From Acidobacteriota bacterium (GTDB taxonomy: Bacteria > Acidobacteriota > Vicinamibacteria > Vicinamibacterales > UBA2999): a DNA stretch of 64,000 bases. Of this stretch, positions 1 to 11,385 are shown piece after piece (within the stretch, counting starts at the first letter, position 1; every line of letters begins with the position of its first letter). A program made the position numbers and the translations under genes. The notes beneath the pieces were generated by a model that had not been told where the DNA came from, searched no databases, and worked only from the letters and a program-made list of their open reading frames with translations. The DNA lies in the NCBI GenBank assembly GCA_046727855.1, contig JBKPDL010000025.1, positions 15,697 to 79,696 on the forward strand, given 5' to 3'.

Positions 1-1662
1 GCTTGACCGCAACGAATACCCTCCCATCGCCAAATCGAGCTCGACGACCTCGACACGCGTCGCATCGAAGCCCCGGTTGACCGACGAGCCGTGTCGTAGC
101 GATTGAATGAAGATCCCGGCGCCCGCGAGCAGCATGATGCTCAGACCGACCTGCACGACGACGAACGTGTTGCGCAGCCGCAAACGGGCGGTGGCGCCGG
201 CAGCTGCATCTTTAAGGGCGGTGATCGGGTCGATCCGCGCCGCCTGCAGCGCCGGTGCGAGACCACACCCGATCGCCGCCAGCAGCGCAATCGTCGACGT
301 AAACAACAGCACGCGCCAGTCGATCGCCGGCACCAATTCGATCGGAAGGGGCAACACCGAGCCGGGCGCGCGCAGCCCTCGACCCGGAATGGGCAACACC
401 GGACCGAGCCCGACGACCATGCTCACAATGCTGCGGGCCACGATGACGCCGCCAACCGCGCCGACGGCAAACAGCAGAATCGTCTCTGTCAGCAGCTGTC
501 GAACGAGGTGTCCACGACCCGCGCCAATCGCGATGCGGACCGCGAGCTCACGCCGGCGGGCGCGTCCGCGCGCCAGCAGCACGCCGGCAAGGTTGGCGCA
601 GGCGATCGCCAGAACGAGCGACACGAACAGCATGATCAGCACGACGATGCCGCCGAACGGAAGCGCGAGGTTGCCGGGAAGGTACGAGGCCGAGGCCAGC
701 CGCAGCCCGTGCTGCTCGTTCGCATCGGGATACTCCTGCGCCAGCGCGCGGCCGATCGTCTCGACTTGCGCTGCCGCTTGTGCCGCCGACACGCCAGGCT
801 TCAAGCGCCCGCGCGCCAATGCCACGGGCAAGTCCCGTCGGCGCAGATACGACGAATCGGGCGGCGCGGGATCGAACGGAATCCACACATCGGTCGCGAC
901 CAGGCTGGTCCCACGAAAATCGGATGCCGCCACGCCGCCGATCGCGAACGGCTCGCCGTTGATCCGCACTGATCGTCCGATGATGGAAGGGTCCTGCTGA
1001 AAGCGGCGCGTCCAGAAAGCGTGACTGATCACGATGGTGTGATCGCGATCTCGATCGGTCCACACGCGGCCGGCGGCGGCCTGCAGGCGTAGCACGTCGA
1101 AGTAGTTCAACGTCGCCATGTGCGCGTAAACGCGCTCCGCGCCCTCAGCGCCAATCGCGAAGCCAACGGGCTTCGGTATCGGCTCGTAGGCGTACACGTC
1201 CATCAGCGTCGTCGTCCGTGTCCGCAGATCGACGTAATTGGGCATCGAGATCTCGTTGACACCAAAGGAGTCTTCACCGTCGAAATCCTCGCGGCTGATG
1301 TCGACGAGCTCTTCGGGATTGGCCACGCCCGCGGGCGTACGCGAGATCACGGCATTGGCGACCGTGAACACCGCGGTATCGGCGCCAATGCCGATCGCGA
1401 GCGACAACACGATCGCGGCAGTGGTGAGCGGACTCCGCACCAGCGACCGACACGCGTAGCGGGCATCGCGGGTGACGTGATCGATCCACATGATGCGTCG
1501 CGATTCGTAGAATCGTTCCCCGGCGGCGACCACGCCGCCAAACTTCTTCATCGCCAGGTCACGCGCCTCGCGCGCGCTCAGCCCGTCGGCGATCAATTGA
1601 TCGGTCTCGAGCGCGACGTGCGACTCGATTTCGGCTTTGAAATCCTCGTCGCTGCGCATCAT
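1..1662 (-). CDS. MacB/FtsX-type duplicated ABC permease (ADOP-like); 3' end lies beyond the left window edge
   Basis: Absent from the ORF track because it is open to position 1. My minus-strand translation from ATG 1660-1662 reads [43 protein letters not shown]... and later ...[33 protein letters not shown] (FtsX-like). ATGA overlap with the PadR stop. Confidence 0.8.
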   Translation of the reverse strand, partial: MMRSDEDFKAEIESHVALETDQLIADGLSAREARDLAMKKFGGVVAAGERFYESRRIMWIDHVTRDARYACRSLVRSPLTTAAIVLSLAIGIGADTAVFTVANAVISRTPAGVANPEELVDISREDFDGEDSFGVNEISMPNYVDLRTRTTTLMDVYAYEPIPKPVGFAIGAEGAERVYAHMATLNYFDVLRLQAAAGRVWTDRDRDHTIVISHAFWTRRFQQDPSIIGRSVRINGEPFAIGGVAASDFRGTSLVATDVWIPFDPAPPDSSYLRRRDLPVALARGRLKPGVSAAQAAAQVETIGRALAQEYPDANEQHGLRLASASYLPGNLALPFGGIVVLIMLFVSLVLAIACANLAGVLLARGRARRRELAVRIAIGAGRGHLVRQLLTETILLFAVGAVGGVIVARSIVSMVVGLGPVLPIPGRGLRAPGSVLPLPIELVPAIDWRVLLFTSTIALLAAIGCGLAPALQAARIDPITALKDAAAGATARLRLRNTFVVVQVGLSIMLLAGAGIFIQSLRHGSSVNRGFDATRVEVVELDLAMGGYSLRSS

Positions 1663-2012
1663 GAGTGTTCCGGACCGAGAATCCCGCTGATCGCCGCCGC
1701 CAGCCGCCGCCACTTGCTCGCCCCGGTGACGAGCTCCTTGCGACCCTTCTTGGTGATCTTGTAATAGCGCGCCTTGCGATTGTTGTCCGAGGTGCCCCAT
1801 TCCGCGGCGATCGCGCCGCGCTCTTCGAGCCGCTGCAGCGCCGGATAGAGGGAGCCGTGATCGACGAGCAGCGTCTCGTCGGACTGTTGCTCGATCGCGC
1901 GCGCGATGCCCTGTCCGTGCTGCGGCCCGAACACCAGCGTGCGCAGGATCAACAGGTCGAGCGTTCCCTGCAGGAGCTGTACGCGCTCGTCCGTGGCCCT
2001 TCGAGTAGACAT
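1659..2012 (-). CDS. PadR family transcriptional regulator
   Basis: 117 aa. [13 protein letters not shown]...[21 protein letters not shown]...[16 protein letters not shown] is the PadR winged-helix signature. Confidence 0.9.
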   Translation of the reverse strand: MSTRRATDERVQLLQGTLDLLILRTLVFGPQHGQGIARAIEQQSDETLLVDHGSLYPALQRLEERGAIAAEWGTSDNNRKARYYKITKKGRKELVTGASKWRRLAAAISGILGPEHS

Positions 2013-2020
2013 ACGACACG

Positions 2021-2049
2021 AGTATCGAGCAACTTGGGTCGAATGTCAA
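2021..2049 (-). promoter_or_regulatory. Sigma70-type promoter of the PadR-permease operon, near-leaderless
   Basis: Minus strand reads TTGACA (2044-2049), 17 nt, GATACT (2021-2026). Only 8 nt separate the -10 from the PadR ATG (2010-2012). Confidence 0.55.
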
Positions 2050-2196
2050 CCTGAGTGGTCACGGTGACCCCTGAAGTGCTGCCGCGCGAGGACAACACCC
2101 GTTGTTCGTCACCGGTAGCGTGCGTTTCATCACAAAAGCCGATGGCATCAGGACTGCAGACGGGCGCGCGACAGGTACCCATTGGGAGAACCAATT

Positions 2197-2823
2197 ATGC
2201 GAGCTCATCGCTGCATTCTTTTCACGCTGCTCGTCATGGCATGGACGGCCGCGCCGGCGCAGGCGCAGTGGGTGGTCACGCCCTACCTGGGCATGAACTT
2301 CGCGGGCGACGCGGAATTCCGCAGAGGGGGGCCAGGCGGATCCGTCAGCTATTTCGGCGGCCGGCTGGGGTTCGAGTTTGATTTCGAGCGTTACAATCAT
2401 TTCTTCAAGGACAAGGATGTGGCCGGCCTCGTTGCAAACAATTGCGGCGTCGGCCCAGCCGGCGAGCCTTGCACCGACCTGAATACTGACGCCATGAGCT
2501 TCATGGGCAACGTGCTGGCACCGATTCGCTTGAAGGGCGCGAAGAACTGGCGTCCGTACGCGGCTGCGGGGCTAGGCGTGATTCGCGCATGGGTCACGGA
2601 TCCTTCGAACCAGGTGGTCGACACCGATCAGAACGACCTCGCATTCAACTTCGGCGCTGGGGTGATGTACTCGCTCAACAATCGCGTGGGGCTGCGAGGC
2701 GACGTGCGGTATTTCCGCGCGCTCGTCGACGAGGACAAGCGCGAGGGTTTTTACTTCACAGACTACGGCTTCTGGCGCACGACGGTCGGGGTCACATTGG
2801 GGTTCCCGCGGGTAATTGAATAG
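2197..2823 (+). CDS. Outer-membrane beta-barrel protein (OmpA-like barrel / porin family)
   Basis: Signal peptide MRAHRCILFTLLVMAWTAAPAQA. Alternating hydrophobic strands and C-terminal ...WRTTVGVTLGF. GGGAGAA lies upstream of the ATG at 2197. Confidence 0.8.
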   Translation: MRAHRCILFTLLVMAWTAAPAQAQWVVTPYLGMNFAGDAEFRRGGPGGSVSYFGGRLGFEFDFERYNHFFKDKDVAGLVANNCGVGPAGEPCTDLNTDAMSFMGNVLAPIRLKGAKNWRPYAAAGLGVIRAWVTDPSNQVVDTDQNDLAFNFGAGVMYSLNNRVGLRGDVRYFRALVDEDKREGFYFTDYGFWRTTVGVTLGFPRVIE

Positions 2824-2992
2824 CCTTATCGACTTTGCGATCGCAATCCTTCTATTGCCTCGCTTGATCACGCCCCCCAATAGTCGAACGTCCCCCGCGG
2901 GACGAAACAACAGAACGCCAACGAATGGCAGGGAGAGAAGGAGTCGGGTTGTTACGTTTGCATATAGAGTTGTCTTCTTGTCCACACCGGCC

Positions 2993-3480
2993 TCACGTCA
3001 AACGCCGCCGCTCGCATAAGCTAAGCACAAAGACCTGGGCTGTGGCATGGCCGCTCCGACGTGGCGAGCGGTGTTGCATTCGTCCAGCCCAATCAATTTC
3101 GATGCACCCGCGTTCGCGTGTCGCCAATCGCGCCGTGACCGTCCATCGCGCGTCTCCTGCGAGATCGACAAGTGCCCCTTCGACGCGCCACGGCATTCAC
3201 CAACAGCAAATTCACGCCCTGCGTGATTGAATAGTCTTCGATCACCGACGAATTCGACGCCTTGCGAGGCAGGGCCATCATCACGCCGCCCCGCGAGAGG
3301 CTTTCACGCGAAATGGGATCGACGACGAGGTCCGCGATGCGCAGCGTGTCATGCGAACGCGCTGGTCCGCGACGGAGGATGGTTCGAATGTGTGCCAGCA
3401 GCTCCGAGAATGCGAATGGTTTTGACTGGTATCGTCGGGCGGCGGGTGGACGCGTGTTCTCGGTCGTGAGTCACGTATAC
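2993..3480 (-). pseudogene. Degraded remnant of an OmpR-family response regulator (receiver C-end, linker and start of winged helix only)
   Basis: Minus frame 3422..3282 reads KPFAFSELLAHIRTILRRGPARSHDTLRIADLVVDPISRESLSRGG. The frame breaks on both sides, there is no receiver N-terminus, and only short broken ORFs remain. Confidence 0.5.
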
Positions 3481-3541
3481 GCGCGGTTGTGAGCTGCAGC
3501 GTGCGCTGAAGTCGCGCGAGTTCTTGCCGTAGTATCGACTG

Positions 3542-4939
3542 ATGAAAACCGTCGCGTTAACGGGGCTATTGTTAACGGCGTCTGTAACTGCAACGGCACA
3601 GTCGGCTTTAGAGTCGCCGTTGACATTGAGCGCGGCTGTGGATCTGGCACTCCGCAATCACCCAGTCATCCGCGAAGCGCGCGCCGGTTCGGCGGCAGCG
3701 TTGGCAGACATCGGTGTCGCACGCGCCGCGTATTTGCCGCGGCTCGACTTCTTGTGGCAGGTGAATCGTGCCACGCGAAACAACGTCTTCGGGCTACTTC
3801 TGCCACAGCCAGTGATTCCAGCCGTCTCCGGTCCCGTGCTCGCAACGGAGACGCTCGACGGCGTTTGGAGCAGCGCGGGTGGCCTGCTGCTCTCGTGGGA
3901 AGCCGTTGACTTTGGACGACGTGGCGCGGCCGTTGATCTGGCGCGTGCGGAGTCTGGATTCGCAGACGCACAGCGCATCGTGACGGAGCTGGACGTCGCG
4001 AGCGCTGCTGCAGACGCGTATCTCGAGGTACTGGCCGCAGACGCAGCGCTCGGCGCCGCCCGCGCGAACGTCGAGCGACTGGAAACCTTCGCTACCTCCG
4101 TGCGCGCACTCGTGCGAAGTCAACTTCGGGCCGGTGCGGAGCAGTCTCGCGCCGAGGCCGAACTTGCCGCCGCGCGAAACCGGCTGACCGAGGCCACCCG
4201 GAATGTGGAACTCGCCAGACTGGCGTTGGCGGAGACATTGGGAATGCCGGCGGCGCCGATTGCCTTGGCACCCGGCTCATTGTTGAAGGTTCCGGCACGT
4301 CCGCCGGAGCCTCTGTCATTCGAGCCCGCGTCGCATCCGCGCGCCGTCGCAGCTGGCGCGCAAGTCGATGCGGTCCGTGCCCGCGATCGCGTGCTCGATC
4401 GATCGTATTTCCCTCGAGTTGAATTGCAGACGGCTGTTTCCGGTCGGGCCGTCAGCCAAGAGATCGACGGAACCAGCGTCGGCAACGGACTTGGACTCGA
4501 CGTACCGAACTGGGCGGTTGGCCTTTCCGTGACATTCCCATCACTCGAGATCTTTCGCACTGAAGCACGGAGGCGAGTTGAGGCGGGCCGGCTGCAGGAG
4601 GCTACGGCTCGCTACGATCGCACACTGCAGACGCTGCAAACGCAGGAAGCGCGGGCGCGCGTGGTCACCGCCGCGGCCTATGAGATCGCCGTCAATACTC
4701 CGCAGCAGCTGCAGGCGGCGCGCGACAGCGATACGCAGGCCCGCGCGCGCTACGACGCCGGCCTGACGAATGTCATAGAGGTTGCCGAGGCCCAGCGTCT
4801 CCTGGCCGACGCCGAAGCGGAGAATGCGGTCGCAAGCCTCGCTGTCTGGCGGGCGCTGTTAGCAGAGGCCGTTCTCAAGGGCGACCTGCAGCCGTTCTTG
4901 AATCAAGTACGAATTCCTCAGTCCTCGTCCGCCCCATAG
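3542..4939 (+). CDS. TolC-family outer membrane efflux protein
   Basis: 465 aa with a signal peptide. Duplicated coiled-coil/barrel pattern typical of OEP (LSAAVDLALRNHP..., ...RARYDAGLTNVIEVAEAQRLL). Confidence 0.85.
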   Translation: MKTVALTGLLLTASVTATAQSALESPLTLSAAVDLALRNHPVIREARAGSAAALADIGVARAAYLPRLDFLWQVNRATRNNVFGLLLPQPVIPAVSGPVLATETLDGVWSSAGGLLLSWEAVDFGRRGAAVDLARAESGFADAQRIVTELDVASAAADAYLEVLAADAALGAARANVERLETFATSVRALVRSQLRAGAEQSRAEAELAAARNRLTEATRNVELARLALAETLGMPAAPIALAPGSLLKVPARPPEPLSFEPASHPRAVAAGAQVDAVRARDRVLDRSYFPRVELQTAVSGRAVSQEIDGTSVGNGLGLDVPNWAVGLSVTFPSLEIFRTEARRRVEAGRLQEATARYDRTLQTLQTQEARARVVTAAAYEIAVNTPQQLQAARDSDTQARARYDAGLTNVIEVAEAQRLLADAEAENAVASLAVWRALLAEAVLKGDLQPFLNQVRIPQSSSAP

Positions 4940-4956
4940 GATAGGAGCCGAAGACC

Positions 4957-7900
4957 ATGTGGCTTATTCGCGCCGCCCTACGCAGACCAATTACCCTCCT
5001 GATGCTCGTTCTCGGAGCGGCAACGACGTCAATACTCGCCTTGCAGCGTATGCGGGCCGACATCCTGCCCGAGCTCGGAACGCCGGTCCTGTATGTCGCA
5101 CAGGCCTACGGCGGCATGGATCCCGCACAGATGGAAGGGTACCTCGTAAATTATTACGAGTTTCACTTCCTGTACATCAACGGCATTGACCGAGTGGAGT
5201 CCAAGTCGATTCAGGATGTCGGGCTCGTCACGCTCTACTTTCATCCGGGAACGGACATGGCGCAGGCGCTGGCTGAAACGGTGGCGCAGGTCAATCGCGC
5301 TCGTGCGTTCATGCCGCCCGGTACGGTGCCTCCCGTCGTCTTGCGGCAGGACGCCGGCACCATGCCGGTGGGCTATGTAACGTTTTCGAGTGATACGCGC
5401 AGTCTCAACGAAATCCAGGATCTGGCGCTCTTTCGCGTCCGCCCGATGTTCGGCACGCTTCCGGGCGTCTCCGGACGACCGCCGTTCGGAGGCAATCAGC
5501 GAACGATTGTGATCAATGTCGATCCGAATCGGCTGCGCGCGTATGGACTGTCGGCCAACGAAGTGATTCAAGCGGTCGCCAAGAACAATGTGATTGTCCC
5601 ATCCGGCTACGTTCGCGTTGGAGACGAAGCGAAGGCCGCGCCTATCAACGCCGTCGTGCGCAACGTCGATGAACTGCTGGAGATTCCTCTTCGACTCGGT
5701 TCCGGCGCCACGGTCTTCCTGCGCGACATCGGGACGGTTCAGGACACGATGGACATCCTGGCCGGCTATGCCATTGTCGACGGGCATCGCAGCGTGTATT
5801 TGCCCGTCATCAAGCGCGCCGATGCGTCCACGCTCGATGTCGTGAACGAGGTGCGGAACGCGTTGCCGCAGATGCGGGCGCTCGTGCCCGAAGACATCAG
5901 GGTTGATTTTGAGTTTGATCAATCGACATACGTCATGAGCGCCATCCGTTCACTCACGACGGAGGGCATTCTTGGCGCATTTCTCACGGGCCTCGCCGTT
6001 CTGCTGTTCCTGCGCGACATCCGCGGTGCATTGATCGTGGTTGCCACTATTCCATTGGCGCTACTGGCCGCACTGGTGGGATTGTGGGTCACCGGCCAAA
6101 CGATCAACATCATGACGCTTGGTGGTCTGACGCTTGCGATTGGGATTCTCGTCGACGAATCGACGGTCACGATCGAGAACATGCATACCCACCTGGCGCG
6201 GCAGCGCAACAAAGGGCTGGCCGTTCTGAACGCAGGCGCGGAGGTCGCGATTCCGCAGTTTCTGGCCATGCTGTGCGTGGCTGCCGTCTTCACGCCGGCG
6301 CTGTTCATGGTCGGTCCGGGAAAGTCGTTGTTCGTCCCGCTCGCCTTGGCGGTGACGTTCGCGATGGCCGCATCGTACTTCCTGGCTCGCACGTTCGTTC
6401 CCGTGCTCGCGACATGGTTGTTGCGCCCATCGCAGAAAACCGAGTCCGAGAAGGCTGTCACGTTCGAGAGACTGAGAGACCAGTACGGTCGCGTGCTCAA
6501 CCGTCTCGTTGGCCTGCGCTGGGCAGTGGTTGGCATCTATCTCATCGTTGCTGCCGGCGTTGTGTACGGGCTCGGAACGACCATCGGCACCGAAATCTTT
6601 CCAAACGTCGACACCGGTCAGCTTCAGATGCGCATCAAGGCGCCACCAGGCACGCGCGTGGAACGGACCGAACTAATTGCCCAGCGCATTCTGCAGTTCC
6701 TTGACGAACAGGCGGGCCCTGGCAACGTGCAGGGCTCGATCGGGTATGTAGGTATTCAGCCGACCAGCTACCCGATTAACACCATCCTGCTGTGGACGAG
6801 CGGCCCGCACGAAGCGGTGTTGCGCGTGGCACTCAAACCGGACGCAGGCGTTCGCACTGACGTGCTCAAGGAACGTCTCCGTCAGCAACTCCCGAAACTT
6901 GCCCCCGGAACCGTGGTGGCGTTCGAACCAGCGGATGTCGTCAGTCAGGTGATGAATTTTGGCGCCTCGACGCCGATCGAGGTCACCGTGTCAGGCGCGG
7001 ACTTCCTAGCGAGCCGGAAATATGCCGAGCATCTACGCGAGAAGTTGGTGGAGATCCCAACGCTCAGGGATGTACAGTTCTCACAACTGCTCGCGTATCC
7101 GAGTCTGAATATTCAGGTCGACCGGGAACGCGCCGGCCAACTCGGTGTCACCGTAGAAGATGTTGGCCGCGCGTTGGTGGCCGCCACGTCCTCGACGCGT
7201 TTTATTCAGCCACTGTACTGGGCCGCGCCGAATGGCGTCTCGTATCAGGTCCAGATTGAGATCCCACAATCCCTGACGAATTCGATTGGAAGCGTCGAAA
7301 CGATTCCCGTCTCGCGCGGCGATTCGCTGTATCCGCTCGTTGGTGATGTGGCCACGATTACTGAGGGGACGAGCATTGGACAGTACGATCGCATCAACCA
7401 ACAGCGGATGCTGACGATCACTGCCGACGTCAACGAGGTCGATCTGGGCACGGCCGCTGGCGAGGTACGGTCGGCAATCGCCGCGGCGGGAAACCCGCCG
7501 CGAGGCGTTTCAGTCACCACGCGAGGTCAAGTCGCACCTATGCAACAGACATTGGCCGGGCTCGAGAAGGGTCTGCTGCTGGCGATTGGCGCCATTTTCA
7601 TTCTGCTCGGCGCCTACTTTCAGTCCCTGCGGATCGCGGTTGTCGTTATTGCGACTATTCCTGCGGTGATTGCAGGCGTCCTGATCGCGTTGCTGATTGC
7701 AGGCGATACCCTAAACGTTCAGTCGTTCATGGGCGCGATTGTTTCGCTTGGCGTCGCAGTCGCCAACGCGATTCTCCTGACGACGTTCGCCGAGAAGTCT
7801 CGTATGAGAGGTGCATCGGCAGTAGAGGCCGCAATTGACGGTGCGATGAGCCGCCTGCGCCCAATCCTGATGACGACATCCGCGATGGTGCTCGGCATGC

Positions 7901-8106
7901 TGCCGCTCGCGTTAGGAGCGGCGCAGACCGCACCGCTCGGGCGAGCGGTGATTGGAGGCCTTATCGGAGCGACGCTCGCGACCTTGTTCATCCTCCCGTC
8001 GTCTTTTGCGCTCGTGCAGTCGCGGGCAAGTCGCCATTCGTCTTCGCTCGACCCGCACGATTCCGCATCGTCATTCTATTCATCCGGAACGCGGGAGGCG
8101 CTGTGA
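4957..8106 (+). CDS. Efflux RND transporter permease (AcrB/CzcA superfamily)
   Basis: 1049 aa with 12-TM RND architecture. N-terminus [20 protein letters not shown]..., plus [22 protein letters not shown]. Confidence 0.95.
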   Translation: MWLIRAALRRPITLLMLVLGAATTSILALQRMRADILPELGTPVLYVAQAYGGMDPAQMEGYLVNYYEFHFLYINGIDRVESKSIQDVGLVTLYFHPGTDMAQALAETVAQVNRARAFMPPGTVPPVVLRQDAGTMPVGYVTFSSDTRSLNEIQDLALFRVRPMFGTLPGVSGRPPFGGNQRTIVINVDPNRLRAYGLSANEVIQAVAKNNVIVPSGYVRVGDEAKAAPINAVVRNVDELLEIPLRLGSGATVFLRDIGTVQDTMDILAGYAIVDGHRSVYLPVIKRADASTLDVVNEVRNALPQMRALVPEDIRVDFEFDQSTYVMSAIRSLTTEGILGAFLTGLAVLLFLRDIRGALIVVATIPLALLAALVGLWVTGQTINIMTLGGLTLAIGILVDESTVTIENMHTHLARQRNKGLAVLNAGAEVAIPQFLAMLCVAAVFTPALFMVGPGKSLFVPLALAVTFAMAASYFLARTFVPVLATWLLRPSQKTESEKAVTFERLRDQYGRVLNRLVGLRWAVVGIYLIVAAGVVYGLGTTIGTEIFPNVDTGQLQMRIKAPPGTRVERTELIAQRILQFLDEQAGPGNVQGSIGYVGIQPTSYPINTILLWTSGPHEAVLRVALKPDAGVRTDVLKERLRQQLPKLAPGTVVAFEPADVVSQVMNFGASTPIEVTVSGADFLASRKYAEHLREKLVEIPTLRDVQFSQLLAYPSLNIQVDRERAGQLGVTVEDVGRALVAATSSTRFIQPLYWAAPNGVSYQVQIEIPQSLTNSIGSVETIPVSRGDSLYPLVGDVATITEGTSIGQYDRINQQRMLTITADVNEVDLGTAAGEVRSAIAAAGNPPRGVSVTTRGQVAPMQQTLAGLEKGLLLAIGAIFILLGAYFQSLRIAVVVIATIPAVIAGVLIALLIAGDTLNVQSFMGAIVSLGVAVANAILLTTFAEKSRMRGASAVEAAIDGAMSRLRPILMTTSAMVLGMLPLALGAAQTAPLGRAVIGGLIGATLATLFILPSSFALVQSRASRHSSSLDPHDSASSFYSSGTREAL

Positions 8107-8156
8107 GGCCGTATCGACAGACGCACCCAGTCGGATCCAGCCGATGGAGTAGAGCC

Positions 8157-9332
8157 ATGATCGCAAAGATTCGGGCATTGGTGCCCCTGTTGATCGTTGT
8201 CGCGACCTCGACTGCGCCCGGTTGCGGTTCCAGTACGGAGGCGACGTCTTCCAACGGAGCGGCCACCCAGGCGACGGCGGCACGGCCGGTGGAAGAACGG
8301 ACGGTGCCGGTGGTCCCTGTCGTCTCTCGGTCTTTCGAGCGAATACTCTCATTGCCGGGTGATCTGGTGGCATTTCAGGATGTGTCTGTCCACGCGAGAG
8401 TGCAAGGCTTTATCCAAACAATCACCGTGGATCGCGGGTCCGTGGTTCGGCGTGGCACAGTCTTGGCGCGCATCGACGCTCCCGAGTTGAAAGCGCAACT
8501 CAGCGAGGCCGAGGCTCGAGTGCAGACCGCCGAGGCACAGCTGGTCGAAGCGCAGGCTGCGCTCACGTCCGAGCGTTCCACATTCGACCGGCTGAAGCAG
8601 GCCTCTGCGACCCCGGGCGTGGTCGCGGGAAACGATGTTGAAGTCGCGCAACAGAAAGTGGAGGCCGCGAAGGCGCGTGTGGACGCCTCGACTAGGAACG
8701 TTGAGGCCATGCGACAGGCGGCGCGTTCGGTTCGAGACGTCGAAGCCTACCTTCAGGTAACGGCTCCCTTTGATGGCGTCGTCACGGAGCGCGCCGCGCA
8801 CATCGGTACCCTGGTGGGCCCGAGCTCCAGCCCGATTGTGCGGATGCAGCAAGTCTCGCGGCTCCGCTTGGTTGCAGCGATTCCAGAGGCCTACGTCGCG
8901 GGTGTCGGCCTCGGACAGCCAATCGAATTCACCGTGGCGACGTTTCCCGGACAGACCTTCATGGCCAAGCTCGCGCGGCTGGCCCGCGCGCTCGATCCGA
9001 AGACACGGACCATGGCTGTGGAACTCGACGTGAACAATGCCGCCGGTCGCCTGGCGCCAGGTATGTTCGCGGCGATTCTGTGGCCCGCGAGACGCGCGGG
9101 CGCTTCGCTGTTCGTACCAAGATCAGCGGTAGCGACGACGACAGAACGTACGTTTGTCGTCAGGGTGCGAGACGGTGTCGCCGAGTGGGTGGACGTCGAG
9201 CGCGGCGCAACGATGGACGATCTTGTCGAGGTGTTCGGAAACCTGACGGCTGGTGAGCAAGTTGCCGTCCGAGCCACCGACGAACTTCGAGCGGGCACAC
9301 GCGTTCGCGCCGCGCAGCCGGCCTCGAAGTAA
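8157..9332 (+). CDS. Efflux RND periplasmic adaptor (MFP/HlyD family)
   Basis: Signal peptide with Cys (MIAKIRALVPLLIVVATSTAPGC). Barrel-sandwich, coiled-coil and beta-barrel pattern. The ORF opens at 8103, overlapping the RND stop. Confidence 0.9.
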   Translation: MIAKIRALVPLLIVVATSTAPGCGSSTEATSSNGAATQATAARPVEERTVPVVPVVSRSFERILSLPGDLVAFQDVSVHARVQGFIQTITVDRGSVVRRGTVLARIDAPELKAQLSEAEARVQTAEAQLVEAQAALTSERSTFDRLKQASATPGVVAGNDVEVAQQKVEAAKARVDASTRNVEAMRQAARSVRDVEAYLQVTAPFDGVVTERAAHIGTLVGPSSSPIVRMQQVSRLRLVAAIPEAYVAGVGLGQPIEFTVATFPGQTFMAKLARLARALDPKTRTMAVELDVNNAAGRLAPGMFAAILWPARRAGASLFVPRSAVATTTERTFVVRVRDGVAEWVDVERGATMDDLVEVFGNLTAGEQVAVRATDELRAGTRVRAAQPASK

Positions 9333-9364
9333 ACACGGCAGGCCTCTTCGGAGGAACCGTGATC

Positions 9365-9427
9365 ATGTTTCGAATGACTGTCGCTATCGTCTCTCTTGCC
9401 GCGACAGGCGCGGGCACGACTGACTAG
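9365..9427 (+). other. 20-codon ORF (MFRMTVAIVSLAATGAGTTD) that duplicates the 5' UTR and signal-peptide start of the gene at 48934
   Basis: About 58 nt (9344-9402) match 48911-48969 with ~6 mismatches, including GAGGAACCGTGATCATGTTT. Ends in TAG after 20 codons. Confidence 0.3.
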
Positions 9428-9555
9428 ACTGGTTGAGACACCGTAAGCTACTGGCGTGTCGAACGTTGCGCGACACAGCCAGGGGACTCACGCTGCAATG
9501 AACGTGTGGAGATGATTCAGCGTGGGTGCCTCGAGCGAGGCAACGCATTTTTTCT

Positions 9556-11385
9556 ATGCCGCCAAACCGCTACGCGCCCATAGAAGACTACGGCATCATC
9601 GGCGACCTTCACACCGTCGCGCTCGTGGGCAAGAACGGGTCGATCGACTTCCTCTGCCTCCCGTCGTTCGACTCACCGTCCGTGTTTGCTGCTCTGCTCG
9701 ACGCCGACCGCGGCGGCCGCTTCCAGATCGTGCCGCAGCTCGGCGACGCGGTACACCGGCAACTTTACCTGCCCGACACCAACGTGCTGCTCACCAGGTT
9801 TCTGTCCGACAGCGGCGTCGCTGAGGTGTCTGACTTCATGCCGGTCGAGGACGCTGGCGTCGCACACAATCTGGTGCGTCGCGCAAAAACGGTCCGCGGC
9901 GAGATACGTTTTGCGATGCGGTGTGATCCACGCTTCGACTACGCCCGCCGAACGCACACGATCGAGCGGCGCAGCGACACGGAAATCCTGTTCCTTGGCA
10001 GCGCCGGCGCGCGCGAGCTGGTGCTGCGACTGCGTTCGTCGGTTCCGATGCAGCTCGAGGAGGGCGCCGCCGTCGCCCAGTTCACGCTCAGCGCCGACCA
10101 ATCGGCGTGGTTCGTCCTCGAGGTGGTGATCTCGCATGATCCGTCGCCGTGCGTGCGCGCCGATTACGCGCGCGACGCCTTCAAACAAACCGTGAACTTC
10201 TGGCGCGGCTGGATCGGCCGCAGCAGCTACAAGAGCCGCTGGCGCGAGATGGTGAACCGTTCCGCGCTCGTGCTGAAGCTTCTCACATCCCGAGAGCACG
10301 GGTCGATCGTGGCTTCACCGACGTTCGGATTGCCGGAGACTCCCGGCGGCGTGCGCAATTGGGACTACCGCTACTCGTGGATCCGTGATTCGTCGTTCAC
10401 CCTCTATGGATTGATGCGCCTCGGCTACACGGACGAGGCCGCGGCGTTCATGCGCTGGATGGTGGCGCGCTGCCAGGAGTTGGAGCCAGACGGCTCACTC
10501 CAGATCATGTACACGATCGACGGCCGTCCCGTGATGCACGAGGAGACGTTGGATCACTTCGAGGGCTACATGGGCTCGCGTCCGGTTCGCATCGGCAACG
10601 CCGCCCACACCCATCTCCAGCTCGATATCTACGGCGAGTTCATGGACTCCGTGTACCTGTATGACAAGTATGGCTCTCCCATCGGGTACGACGACTGGAT
10701 CAACGTCCGCCGCCTGATCGACTGGGTGTGCGAACACTGGCGGGAAAAGGACGAGAGCATCTGGGAGGTGCGCGGCGGGCGTCGAGAGTTCCTCTACTCG
10801 CGCGTGATGTGCTGGGTGGCGATCGACCGGGCCATCCGCCTCGCGAACAGACGCTCGTTCCCGGCTCCCCTCTCTCGCTGGTACGAGGCACGAGACACCA
10901 TTTACCGCGACATCTACGAGCGCTTCTGGAACCCGGCGCGCCGCGGCTTCGTGCAACACCCGGGCGCGGCCACGTTCGACGCCGCAGCGTTGCTCATGCC
11001 CTTGGTGCGCTTCGTGTCGCCGACCGACCCGCGGTGGGTCGACACCCTGCGCGGCATCGAGCAGGAGCTGGTAAGCGACTCGCTCGTCTATCGCTATCGT
11101 CTCGGAGAGTCTTTCTCCGATGGCCTCACTGGTCAGGAGGGTACGTTCTCGATGTGCTCCTTCTGGTACGTCGAGTGCCTCTCGCGCATGGGCGATCTTG
11201 CCAAGGCGCGGTTCTTCTTCGAGAAGATGCTTGGCTATGCGAATCACGTAGGACTGTACGGCGAGGAGCTGGGCCCCAGAGCCCAACATCTCGGCAACTT
11301 CCCGCAGGCTTTCACGCACTTGGCGCTGATCAGCGCCGCCTACGATCTGGACCGGCGCCTCTCGGCCGCTGGCCACGCGAGCTGA
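9556..11385 (+). CDS. Glycoside hydrolase family 15 (glucoamylase/trehalase-like)
   Basis: MPPNRYAPIEDYGIIGDLHTVALVGKNGSIDFLCLPSFDSPSVFAALLD and the WDYRYSWIRDSSFTLY motif are typical of bacterial GH15. Confidence 0.9.
   Translation: MPPNRYAPIEDYGIIGDLHTVALVGKNGSIDFLCLPSFDSPSVFAALLDADRGGRFQIVPQLGDAVHRQLYLPDTNVLLTRFLSDSGVAEVSDFMPVEDAGVAHNLVRRAKTVRGEIRFAMRCDPRFDYARRTHTIERRSDTEILFLGSAGARELVLRLRSSVPMQLEEGAAVAQFTLSADQSAWFVLEVVISHDPSPCVRADYARDAFKQTVNFWRGWIGRSSYKSRWREMVNRSALVLKLLTSREHGSIVASPTFGLPETPGGVRNWDYRYSWIRDSSFTLYGLMRLGYTDEAAAFMRWMVARCQELEPDGSLQIMYTIDGRPVMHEETLDHFEGYMGSRPVRIGNAAHTHLQLDIYGEFMDSVYLYDKYGSPIGYDDWINVRRLIDWVCEHWREKDESIWEVRGGRREFLYSRVMCWVAIDRAIRLANRRSFPAPLSRWYEARDTIYRDIYERFWNPARRGFVQHPGAATFDAAALLMPLVRFVSPTDPRWVDTLRGIEQELVSDSLVYRYRLGESFSDGLTGQEGTFSMCSFWYVECLSRMGDLAKARFFFEKMLGYANHVGLYGEELGPRAQHLGNFPQAFTHLALISAAYDLDRRLSAAGHAS

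Noticed and set aside
103-1000. Two long plus-strand ORFs (289 and 297 aa) at the left edge
   Set aside because: Arg/Ala/Pro-rich low-complexity translations lying antisense to a clear FtsX-type permease frame. These are typical shadow ORFs of high-GC DNA.
2824-2985. Lower-GC spacer with a small hairpin CGTCCC-CCGC-GGGACG after the OMP gene, considered as a terminator
   Set aside because: Short 6-bp stem with no U-tract on the plus strand. Not convincing enough to annotate.
5029-6536. Minus-strand ORFs of 297 and 205 aa inside the RND permease gene
   Set aside because: Antisense shadows of a 1049-aa gene with unambiguous AcrB-type sequence.
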